Source of the DNA: an uncultured Poribacteria bacterium
GTDB taxonomy: Bacteria; Poribacteria; WGA-4E; WGA-3G
DNA: 64,000 nucleotides
Assembly (NCBI GenBank): GCA_958296135.2
Contig: CATQHZ020000001.1
Span: 1,984,001-2,048,000, forward strand
Direction: 5' to 3'
The translations under genes and the position numbers were made by a program. Below the pieces are notes generated by a model. It searched no databases, was not told the DNA's origin, and saw nothing but the letters and a program-made list of their open reading frames with translations. The stretch's first letter is position 1, and each line of letters begins with the position of its first letter. This document shows positions 19,166 to 27,558 of this stretch, piece by piece.

Positions 19166-19756
19166 TCACACAAACAGCACTTCAACTTCACACCGGAACC
19201 CCACAACAACATCGCCTCCCACTAAGATGTCAGCCCCACTTAAAACGGTGAACTCTTCAGCCGAGCGGTGGACTTCCACCGTTTCACGGCGCGGATTAAT
19301 CACCCACACCATCGCACACCCGGCGTTCAACCAGTCTTCAACTTTTTCAGCGACCTCGGTGTAGGTATCGCCAGGCGAGATGACTTCCACGGCGAGGTCT
19401 GGCGCGCCTTCCCAATAGCCTTTTACGATACCTTGCTGCTCAATGGACTCCCGACGCACGAAGGCGGCATCCGGCGCGCGCACCGTATCAGGGTTTCGGG
19501 AAATCGTGAAACCTGTTTCGGCACCACAGACATAACCGAGCCCATGCTTTTCAACGTGCACGTGAAGTAGGCTCCCAATTTTAACCGAACGGATGCCGTG
19601 TTCAAATCCTGCAGGTGGCATTTTCCGGAGGACTCCCTTCACCAATTCATACCGATAACCGTCATCCGGCATTTTCCACAACTCTGCTGCCGTTAACAAT
19701 ATCGGCGGCACGGATGGCAGTGTGGGTGCCAGCGGATTCAGTTGCGTTTCTGCCAT
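19166..19756 (-). CDS. Uma2 family endonuclease
   Basis: YELVKGVLRKMPP, VRAPDAAFV, PDLAVEVISP, WLNAGCAMVWVINP. Confidence 0.9.
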   Translation of the reverse strand: MAETQLNPLAPTLPSVPPILLTAAELWKMPDDGYRYELVKGVLRKMPPAGFEHGIRSVKIGSLLHVHVEKHGLGYVCGAETGFTISRNPDTVRAPDAAFVRRESIEQQGIVKGYWEGAPDLAVEVISPGDTYTEVAEKVEDWLNAGCAMVWVINPRRETVEVHRSAEEFTVLSGADILVGGDVVVGFRCEVEVLFV

Positions 19757-19823
19757 TTTGTTCTCCTCGGTTGTTGGCTATTGTGTTAACAGAACTTACG
19801 CAAAGAAAGTTTCTGCTCTTAAG

Positions 19824-19853
19824 ATGATAACACATGCAAACGCGTTTGTCAAG
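19824..19853 (-). promoter_or_regulatory. sigma70 promoter, copy 2 of the exact 30-bp direct repeat
   Basis: Identical to 19007-19036; lies 14 bp beyond the mod stop codon. Confidence 0.8.
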
Positions 19854-19867
19854 CCGATTTGGGAAAA

Positions 19868-22800
19868 TTACGTAGATCCCTCTTCGCCCAAATCATGCAC
19901 GCGCATCACCTCATTCCCACGCGCATCGATGACTTTCACAGCAACCCGCTGATGCTGACCTGCAGCGAAAGGCAGCGATACCGTCCCGCTGAACAGCTCA
20001 AAACGTTCCGCGTCAACGACACCTTTCAGCGCACGCGCAATCCGTTCCCACGCCTTCTTATCAGGAAAGAATGCCTGCGAGATGCAGAAGGTGCTTTCGT
20101 CATAATCGGTATCCACAAACCACGCCGCCACTTTGTCGGCATTTGCGGAAAAAACCTCGTTCTTGACTGGTTCGTAGATATCCACTCCCTCCATCGTGAC
20201 AGTATATTTGCCATCGGTTGGCCCGTCAAGTGTGGTGCGCGGCAAACCGAACACAGTGAACAATTGCGCGGAAGGCGTGTCCTTGAGCAGGTTCCCCATC
20301 ATCACATCGGGATTGATGTGCGCGAGATGGCTGCGAACGATCGGATCTGGATCTGCCTGAATAGCCGCCTGTGCCGCACCATCAAAACTGAAACCGGCGA
20401 AAACCAACTCATCATAACCGCGTTGCGCTGCAATTCGTAAGCAGCGGCTAACTTGCAGTGCTGTCACCGGTCCGTGCTGCGGCCCAAAAGTCACCGCAAC
20501 CCTTCGCTCCGTTCCTTCCCACCAGCCTTCGGCGTGGAGGATACCTCCCTCCAGCGCGTCCAACGCAGCAAATTGCATCGTCTGATTATTCGGAAACCGC
20601 ACGCCATCTTGGCGCAGCAACCGAATCATCTCAGTTAGATGTGCCTCGGCGTTGGAGGAGGGATGCTTTTGAGACCGGGAGGGCTCGCCTAGTGATTTTC
20701 GAGACCGGGAGGTCTCTCCTACAGGAGGAGTGTCGAGACCAGAGGGCTCGCCTACCGAGTGTCGAGACCGGGAGGTCTCTCCTACAGGAGGAGTGTCGAG
20801 ACCAGAGGGCTCGCCTACCGAGTGTCGAGACCGGGAGGTCTCTCCTACAGGAGGAGTGTCGAGACCAGAGGGCTCGCCTACCGAGTCAAACGTATCCAAT
20901 GCCTCGGCTGGTTCGCCGCCGATAGGCGATTCGGTATCTAACGATGCTTCGGCGGGTTGCACCGCTTCTACCGTGAAGGGACCGCTGACGCGCAACTTCC
21001 CGCGCTCAACTTGCGGCTGATCGACCAGCTCCTCGCCTTCAGAGGCAGCCTCGATGCAGGCGTTCACTGCCTTCATCTTCGCCTGAAATGCTTCTCGGTA
21101 ATCTGTCAGTGCGGTTCGCAATGCGTCAGGCCAGGCCGGATCTGTGTCAAACGGCACCTCCCACTCTTGCCATGCAGTTTCGGGAAGCATCCATCGCCGC
21201 CGGTCTGCTTCGGTGATGGCTCTTTTGCCCTCGCGCTTCTGCTTCGCCGCTAATTTGGCAAGCAGCTCAGCGCGGGTTGATTTGCCGACTGCTGCGAGGT
21301 GACGATTGAGTGCCGCCAATTTCGCCGCCAGAATCGGCTCATGCTTGGCGAAAATCGGATCGAGTGCATCATTTTGCGCAATGCTTCTGAGTGTAATGTG
21401 CGGCACAACTTTGTTGACGAATCCGCCGGCGATACCCGCTGACGGTTCTTGGAGTTGATAATAGTCAAAACTGCTCGTCAAGAGGCGTTGGCGCGCGAGG
21501 GCAATGGCAACGCGGCTGGTATCGATGGTTATCCAACGTCTGCCCCACTGCTCGGCGACATAGGCGGTGGTGCCGCTGCCGCACGTCGGATCGAGGACGA
21601 GATCTCCCGGGTCACTTGTCATCAACATACAACGTTGAATGACCCTTGTGCTAGTTTCTACGACATACCGACGATTTTGTGCCCCGCCAACGTCATTCCA
21701 TAAATGGTCGAGACGCTTAACAGGAAAATCGGAATGTTTTTGGACATAGCCAGGTCTTGCTCCTGAACCCCAAACTCGGTTGGCGGCTAACAACGTCTTC
21801 ATTCCGGACTCAGTAGTCTTCCAACTGTAACGTCCCTGCCTCACAAGGCGACCTTCAAAATTGAAATCGTAGTAACAAGATTTGGTGTAGCCTGTAGACA
21901 ACAGATTACCGAGTGTAAATGGCGTGGATCCATCCGGCAATAGAGTGGGTCTTCGCATTTCTTGTTGAGTCATTGGCCGCTTAGTTCCATCACTTAATTC
22001 AACATATTTGTATGACGACCCTTCCCCCACACCTTTTGGTAAAAACAATGGGCGATATTTGCACTCGCTTTTGTTTTTCGCAAACCAAATGATGTAGTCG
22101 CAACGGCTGACGAGCAATTTACTCCCTAAAGGCGAAGTCTTGGTAAACGTGATCTGGCTTACAAAATTCTCACTGCCAAACACCTCATCCATGAGGCATC
22201 GCACCCGATGCACGTTTTCATCGCTGATCTGGACAAAGATGCTGCCGCTATCGGTGAGCAGTTCTCTCGCGACGACTAGCCTATCACGCAGATAGGCGAG
22301 ATAGGAATGCACGCCGAGGTGCCATGTATCGCGGTATGCCTGAATCTGTTCCGGTTCGCGCGTCAGGTCTGTCTGCCTGTCCGTGACGTTCCGCTGAAAA
22401 ACGTTGGGTTGGAAGTTGGAGGCGAACTTTATGCCGTAGGGCGGATCGAAGTAAATCGTCTGCACCTTTCCCCCGAGGTCTTCGCGGTGTGCGAGGGAGC
22501 TCATGACGGTGAGACTATCGCCGAGGATGAGACGGTTTGCCCACTCTACGTCGTGCTGATAAAACTCTACCGTTTCGTTGTATTCCAGCTGCGGGTCAGC
22601 GAAGAGATTGCGTTGGACATTTTCGCGTGCGGCGATTTTCATAATGGCTTTCGCGCTGACGCGTTCGTGGATATGCAACGCAACCGGGTCTACGGCGAAC
22701 GATTGCGCCTCCTGTTTACCGCTCCATTCCAGCCAAGGTTCGTGTTGCTGGAGTGCCTCCGCGAGGAGAGCAACTTCCTCTTCGGAAAGCGGTCCGCGCG

Positions 22801-23026
22801 CTGCCTTTTGGAGCAGCTCGGGAATCCGGTCTGCGTCGCCGTTTCCGTCAAAGCGGAGCGTTGGCGGCCGGTGTGGGTTATAGGCGTATTCCACCTTCGG
22901 CGGTTCGTTAATTCTCCCACGCGCGGCGATGCCGGCTGCTGGGTTGTTCTTCCGTTTAGCGTTATCGTGTCGGTAGTCTTGGATTTCGGTATCTTGTTTT
23001 TTGGCGGTTCGTTTCTTCCTTGCCAT
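19868..23026 (-). CDS. mod: Type III R-M Mod subunit (N6-adenine DNA methyltransferase) with in-frame repeat insertion
   Basis: LILGDSL, DPPYG (motif IV), DPTCGSGTT (motif I), C-terminal AVKVIDARGNE. Confidence 0.88.
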   Translation of the reverse strand: MARKKRTAKKQDTEIQDYRHDNAKRKNNPAAGIAARGRINEPPKVEYAYNPHRPPTLRFDGNGDADRIPELLQKAARGPLSEEEVALLAEALQQHEPWLEWSGKQEAQSFAVDPVALHIHERVSAKAIMKIAARENVQRNLFADPQLEYNETVEFYQHDVEWANRLILGDSLTVMSSLAHREDLGGKVQTIYFDPPYGIKFASNFQPNVFQRNVTDRQTDLTREPEQIQAYRDTWHLGVHSYLAYLRDRLVVARELLTDSGSIFVQISDENVHRVRCLMDEVFGSENFVSQITFTKTSPLGSKLLVSRCDYIIWFAKNKSECKYRPLFLPKGVGEGSSYKYVELSDGTKRPMTQQEMRRPTLLPDGSTPFTLGNLLSTGYTKSCYYDFNFEGRLVRQGRYSWKTTESGMKTLLAANRVWGSGARPGYVQKHSDFPVKRLDHLWNDVGGAQNRRYVVETSTRVIQRCMLMTSDPGDLVLDPTCGSGTTAYVAEQWGRRWITIDTSRVAIALARQRLLTSSFDYYQLQEPSAGIAGGFVNKVVPHITLRSIAQNDALDPIFAKHEPILAAKLAALNRHLAAVGKSTRAELLAKLAAKQKREGKRAITEADRRRWMLPETAWQEWEVPFDTDPAWPDALRTALTDYREAFQAKMKAVNACIEAASEGEELVDQPQVERGKLRVSGPFTVEAVQPAEASLDTESPIGGEPAEALDTFDSVGEPSGLDTPPVGETSRSRHSVGEPSGLDTPPVGETSRSRHSVGEPSGLDTPPVGETSRSRKSLGEPSRSQKHPSSNAEAHLTEMIRLLRQDGVRFPNNQTMQFAALDALEGGILHAEGWWEGTERRVAVTFGPQHGPVTALQVSRCLRIAAQRGYDELVFAGFSFDGAAQAAIQADPDPIVRSHLAHINPDVMMGNLLKDTPSAQLFTVFGLPRTTLDGPTDGKYTVTMEGVDIYEPVKNEVFSANADKVAAWFVDTDYDESTFCISQAFFPDKKAWERIARALKGVVDAERFELFSGTVSLPFAAGQHQRVAVKVIDARGNEVMRVHDLGEEGST
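20671..20886. repeat. 3 x 63-bp tandem REP doublets plus one partial unit, inside mod
   Basis: Unit starts at 20700, 20763 and 20826; encodes (VGEPSGLDTPPVGETSRSRHS)x3. Confidence 0.9.
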
Positions 23027-23052
23027 AGATATCCCTCCTTTGTGCTAGGGAA

Positions 23053-23117
23053 ATTATAGCATAAAAATGCAATTGCGGTCAAGTTTTCTTGAAAAACGGT
23101 GTTTTTTGTTGTATAAT
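23053..23117. promoter_or_regulatory. Back-to-back divergent sigma70 promoters (mod and Clp-fold protease)
   Basis: Minus strand TTGACC-18-TATAAT; plus strand TTGAAA-17-TATAAT. Confidence 0.6.
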
Positions 23118-23169
23118 TACGGTGAAATGTAGTATAATAATAGAAGCATTTAAGGTTAAGGAGGGAAAT

Positions 23170-24033
23170 TTGGAGAAACTTCTACCTGTCGATCGTTACA
23201 TGAAAGCCAATCTCAATGTGCATCTAGACAAACTCGAAGATATTCTCAACGCAGATGTGCTGACAATCTTCGGTCCAATAAGAACAGGGCTGGATAAAAC
23301 CGTCAAGGAGGCTGTTGAGCTTTTCCAAAATCGGAGAACCACAATAGCGGTGATTTTAGACACGCTTGGTGGCACCGCCGAAGTTGTTGAGCGTCTAGTG
23401 GATGTTATCCGTCACCACTATGATGAGGTTGATTTTCTGATTCCTGACCGGGCTATGTCTGCTGGAACGATTTTCACGATGGCAGGCGACCGGATTTTCA
23501 TGGGTTACTTTTCGGGTTTGGGTCCGATCGATCCCCAGATTGAAAAGGATGGAAGACTTTTTCCTGCCTTGGGGTATTTAACCCAATATGAGCGGCTGTG
23601 CAAAAAAGCCGCGAATCAAGAGTTGAACACGGCAGAATTGATACTTCTCGAAAAACTTGAACTTGTTGAACTTTACGAGTTTGAGCAGGCGCGCGAACTA
23701 TCACACGAACTGCTGACAAATTGGCTTTCTACCTATAAATTCAAGGATTGGAACACTCACAGTTCAACAAGAAAACCTGTCACTGACAAGGAGAAGGTGC
23801 AAAGAGCAGAAGAGGTTGCCTCCGTATTGAGTAACAATGAACGGTGGCACTCTCACGCGCGCACGATTTCCAGAGACACATTACGCTCGGAATTACGCTT
23901 GAAAATCGAAAATTTCGAGGACATTTGCGAGCTACCCACCGCTATTGATGAATACTTCGGGCTGATCAAAGATTATGTTCAACGCGAGCAACTTCTCTGG
24001 TTTGTCCACACCCGCGACTACTTTGTCGTGTAA
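23170..24033 (+). CDS. SDH-family ClpP-fold serine protease
   Basis: LDTLGG, AMSAGT (catalytic Ser), LGPIDPQ, WHSHAR; TTG start after GAGGG. Confidence 0.8.
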   Translation: MEKLLPVDRYMKANLNVHLDKLEDILNADVLTIFGPIRTGLDKTVKEAVELFQNRRTTIAVILDTLGGTAEVVERLVDVIRHHYDEVDFLIPDRAMSAGTIFTMAGDRIFMGYFSGLGPIDPQIEKDGRLFPALGYLTQYERLCKKAANQELNTAELILLEKLELVELYEFEQARELSHELLTNWLSTYKFKDWNTHSSTRKPVTDKEKVQRAEEVASVLSNNERWHSHARTISRDTLRSELRLKIENFEDICELPTAIDEYFGLIKDYVQREQLLWFVHTRDYFVV

Positions 24034-24049
24034 GGAGAGGAGATGTCCA

Positions 24050-24493
24050 ATGAACAATTTGCGTCATACTGCAAACCCCCTTCCAATTGAGGCGGGAGAA
24101 AAGGCTACCGAGAGCAGCGTGCCGCATGCAGCTAAAAATGGCTTAGAGATGATTGATAACAATCCGAAGGTCGATATTCAACTTCTCACGGCATACTACC
24201 GTACGAAGTTGAAATATGAACGCCTGCGCGCCGCAGGATTTGTCCGCAACACACAAGGCGCGAACTATCGGTTATCGCATCCACTTGCAGATAGGGATAT
24301 GCCCACGGATGCAATGCATCGCAGCGAGCCCCCGAATGAGGAGGAACGTGGCGCGCAAGAATACCCGCGTTATCGGTTATCGCATCCACTTGCAGACAGA
24401 GATATGCCCACGGATGCAATGCATCGTAGCGAGTCCCCCAACGAAGATGCCGAGAAGTCACAAACGCCAGTACGGCGCGGTTATCGCCGCTGA
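24050..24493 (+). CDS. Hypothetical protein with internal duplication
   Basis: YRLSHPLADRDMPTDAMHRSE twice (105-bp period); GGAG RBS; follows the protease gene by 16 bp. Confidence 0.6.
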   Translation: MNNLRHTANPLPIEAGEKATESSVPHAAKNGLEMIDNNPKVDIQLLTAYYRTKLKYERLRAAGFVRNTQGANYRLSHPLADRDMPTDAMHRSEPPNEEERGAQEYPRYRLSHPLADRDMPTDAMHRSESPNEDAEKSQTPVRRGYRR

Positions 24494-24597
24494 ATTCACC
24501 CACACCGTCGGCGCGCGCTCCAGAGCGTGCTACCGCGGCTGAGCGACGTTACGAGAAAACGCTGAGCATCCTCACCGGGCGGTTATTACCGCTAAGT

Positions 24598-24628
24598 AAA
24601 AAGGCGCGCCGCCCGGGCGCGCTTTTTT
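24598..24628. terminator. Bidirectional intrinsic terminator
   Basis: A-tract, GC-rich hairpin GGCGCGCCGCCCGGGCGCGC, T-tract; lies between convergent genes. Confidence 0.7.
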
Positions 24629-25543
24629 CTATGTCAATGCGTAATCATCAGGATTATTCTTCCGCCAATTCGGAAGATAACCCTCCGTATGCCCAAACCC
24701 GTAAGAAGGCCCGATCTGATTCTGGCTGGACCAGGGCCACGCCTGCCCACCGATAAGACGAAATTCATCACCCTTGCCGCAAAGCCAATAGAATATATGC
24801 GCCACATATCTCGCAACACCGTGCCCGCCATACGCCGCCGTCCGGAAGTCAAAATTCGGTTCTTGCACCCAATCCCGCGTCGGCGACACCGTGCGCCAAT
24901 AACTATATTTCAGCATGTGGCGCAACCCTTTTGCCGTTGATTCACCCCGGCGATGGAGAATACTCTGCGAATGGATAACGAATGAACCCGCTGGGCCTTC
25001 GCTCGAAACGCCTCGCTCGGCGATATCTCTGCTCGTTGAGTGGATATGCGAACCGGGCAGAAGTTCTGTCGGCCCGAGTTCCATAGGCGTATCTTGCGGG
25101 AAGTAAAAAACCTCAAGGAAATGGGTCTCGGGGCCAAAAACGTGGTCTGCATCGTGATGCCACCCTTGCGCCGGGGCTGGACACTCCACCCGATGGTTGC
25201 TCACCAGTACCGGTAACCCCACATTCTTCCCGAGCAAGGAACGCAACGCGCCAGAGAGCTGCGGATTGAGGAGGACATGCTCAAGATACCAGTCTTCCAG
25301 CAGGATGGAGCTCGGTTCATGCGTATCCCGAATTCGCTCAAGCACTGCGAGTGTCATGCCATTGGGAAGGTAACTCGGATTTATCGGCAGCTCGCCGTTT
25401 AGGTAATCGCAGGTGCGTTGATTAATCTCGTCAGGGACGACACCTTGGAGTTGCAGGTAGCCGTCTCTGCAAAATTGGAGCACCTGGGAATCGGTAAGCG
25501 TTGGTTCACAATCGTAAGTTCGGTTGATGGAATCGTATCTCAT
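24629..25543 (-). CDS. Phytanoyl-CoA dioxygenase (PhyH) family protein
   Basis: DGYLQL, WHHD (HxD), GPTELLPGSH, ILHR. Confidence 0.85.
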   Translation of the reverse strand: MRYDSINRTYDCEPTLTDSQVLQFCRDGYLQLQGVVPDEINQRTCDYLNGELPINPSYLPNGMTLAVLERIRDTHEPSSILLEDWYLEHVLLNPQLSGALRSLLGKNVGLPVLVSNHRVECPAPAQGWHHDADHVFGPETHFLEVFYFPQDTPMELGPTELLPGSHIHSTSRDIAERGVSSEGPAGSFVIHSQSILHRRGESTAKGLRHMLKYSYWRTVSPTRDWVQEPNFDFRTAAYGGHGVARYVAHIFYWLCGKGDEFRLIGGQAWPWSSQNQIGPSYGFGHTEGYLPNWRKNNPDDYALT

Positions 25544-25562
25544 TTTGGTTTCCTAGTGAAGT

Positions 25563-26705
25563 TTAGAACGTCCAGTTTTCCAGTTCAGGCAAATCTTCTA
25601 CCTTGACATCCAGATGTTCCGCAAGTTGTTCAATCGAACATTGCCCTTGACGATACTTACTGAACGCGAGCTCCAGAAATCTGTAACCCAGATACGCTGC
25701 GCGAGTATTGTAGTAGCTGCCCCCACCAGAAGTTTTGGTACCGGGCTCTTTTTCTTTGCGACGTTCGTATGCCGCAGCCCACTCCTCTGTCCTCTGAACA
25801 TAATCGTCTTGGGCGAGGATGCCGCTGTTAACCAATTTCAGCAAGATGACAGGGCGGCTAACCTTGTATCGATTTGCCAAGGTTTCTATTGCATCGTCAT
25901 TGTAAATAGGAAAAGTGAGGCGGGTATCTAAGTCAAGGGATGGAACGAGAAATTCAGCGGCAAATTGGTTGCAAAAATCCTCAATGTCACCACCGCGGCT
26001 GAAATCTCCGCGTGTGATACCGTTCTCGCCGAGGAGGAGGTGTGCTAATTCATGAAAGAGCGAGAAAATCTGGCGGACAGCAGGTCTACTATTATTGAGG
26101 TAGATGACAGGAAATTCCTCATGGGCAAGGCAAAACCCATCAACGGAGTCGTCTTGGAACGACTCCTTAAACACGAAGGTGCCTTTCTCCTCGATGATGT
26201 CGCGCCAATTTTCGAGTGCCACCTTCGTGTTGCGCCATTCTAACTGCGTCTCAACGCTTACGTCCAGATATGCACGAGTTTTTCGCGCGAGCTCTGATGC
26301 TACGTCATCGGGCTGCGCTTGAAGCGCGCGAAAGATTTTCTTTCGCACCGGATTCACGCCGAGGTTCAATTCCATCAGTGAAATTTGCCGAGCGTAAGCC
26401 TGACGCAACAGAATATGCATCCGCGCGGAAAGCGGCGGAGTATCAGAACTCCGCATCGCAAGATTCCCCGCAATATCGGGTTCTTCGGGAGGTTCCGGAA
26501 AGAAAAAAATCGCGACCGGTCGCCGGTATTTATCCGCCAACTTTTCGAGTTGAACGTAAGTCGGCGCGCTGCCCCCGGACTCCCAATCAGAGAGAGTTGC
26601 GACACCTTTCTTGATAACTGCCGCGGCCTCTTCTAGGCTATATCCTGAGCGTTCTCGCGCCCATTTGATGATGGCGGGATTCATCCCCGGAATATATTCA
26701 GCCAT
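25563..26705 (-). CDS. XRE HTH plus ImmA/IrrE metallopeptidase
   Basis: N-terminal HTH (WARERSGYSL..LSDWESG); RQIFSLFHELAH (HExxH); EDFCNQFAAEFLVP. Confidence 0.88.
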   Translation of the reverse strand: MAEYIPGMNPAIIKWARERSGYSLEEAAAVIKKGVATLSDWESGGSAPTYVQLEKLADKYRRPVAIFFFPEPPEEPDIAGNLAMRSSDTPPLSARMHILLRQAYARQISLMELNLGVNPVRKKIFRALQAQPDDVASELARKTRAYLDVSVETQLEWRNTKVALENWRDIIEEKGTFVFKESFQDDSVDGFCLAHEEFPVIYLNNSRPAVRQIFSLFHELAHLLLGENGITRGDFSRGGDIEDFCNQFAAEFLVPSLDLDTRLTFPIYNDDAIETLANRYKVSRPVILLKLVNSGILAQDDYVQRTEEWAAAYERRKEKEPGTKTSGGGSYYNTRAAYLGYRFLELAFSKYRQGQCSIEQLAEHLDVKVEDLPELENWTF

Positions 26706-26748
26706 GATGAACCTTCAGGTTAAACCGGTAAATCCGCTATTCAGAAAC

Positions 26749-27558
26749 TCATCTCAACGTCACAACATCACGTTTGACGAGCTCCTTCTCTTCCCAATAG
26801 GCACCATGCGCAGCCAATGCCTGCGTCTCAGGCGAGAGACGTTCCATAACTTCCGATGGAAACGGTTCGCGGATACCGCGGTCATCCTGAAAATAGTGCG
26901 GCTTATACCGCAAGATAAGGAATCGCCGGTCTCGCTCTGTCGGTTTCCACACCAAAACACCGTGCGTCAACATCTCCGTAATAATCACCGCATCGCCTGC
27001 CTTCGGAGTCACGTTGACAAGCGCGGGATGGAGCTCGGTATCTGTGTCATCCGGGTTTGGGAAAAACAACTTTTCAGGCCGTTCAAACCTGCTTTTGTGC
27101 GAACCCGGCAAGACTACCAACCCACCGTCGCCCGGATAGACATCCGTAAAATAGAAGAAAACGACAATGTCGTTCGTATAGATTTCTCCATTTTTGACAG
27201 CATAACGGCGCGTCCAACGGAAGTCCTCGCGGGCGCAATGAAGCGGTGTTATCTTACGATTCTCATGCGTATTGACGACGAGCGAACCGCGATTGAAACG
27301 CGGTTTGTTCCCTGTCAACTCCTTGATAATCGGCCAAGTTCTCGGATGCAGCGTCAACGCTTCAAGCGATTTATCAGCGGAGAACCCGTTGGAAAAGCCT
27401 TCGCCGCCGCGTTGAATGCCGGGCGGTAACGTATCGGGCGGCGCCTGCACAAGCTGCGCAATCGCCGTTTGCGCGTCGCTCAATTCCTGCGCCGACAAGA
27501 CGTTCTCTAAATGCAGATAGCCGCGCAAGTCAAAAAGATAGCGTTCTCTCGGTGTCAT
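26749..27558 (-). CDS. Phytanoyl-CoA dioxygenase (PhyH) family protein
   Basis: YLFDLRGYL, DGGLVVLPGSHK, AGDAVIITEMLTHG. Confidence 0.82.
   Translation of the reverse strand: MTPRERYLFDLRGYLHLENVLSAQELSDAQTAIAQLVQAPPDTLPPGIQRGGEGFSNGFSADKSLEALTLHPRTWPIIKELTGNKPRFNRGSLVVNTHENRKITPLHCAREDFRWTRRYAVKNGEIYTNDIVVFFYFTDVYPGDGGLVVLPGSHKSRFERPEKLFFPNPDDTDTELHPALVNVTPKAGDAVIITEMLTHGVLVWKPTERDRRFLILRYKPHYFQDDRGIREPFPSEVMERLSPETQALAAHGAYWEEKELVKRDVVTLR

Noticed and set aside
20671-20886. Possible CRISPR array in mod
   Set aside because: These are near-perfect 63-bp tandem units with no unique spacers, lying in frame inside a CDS.
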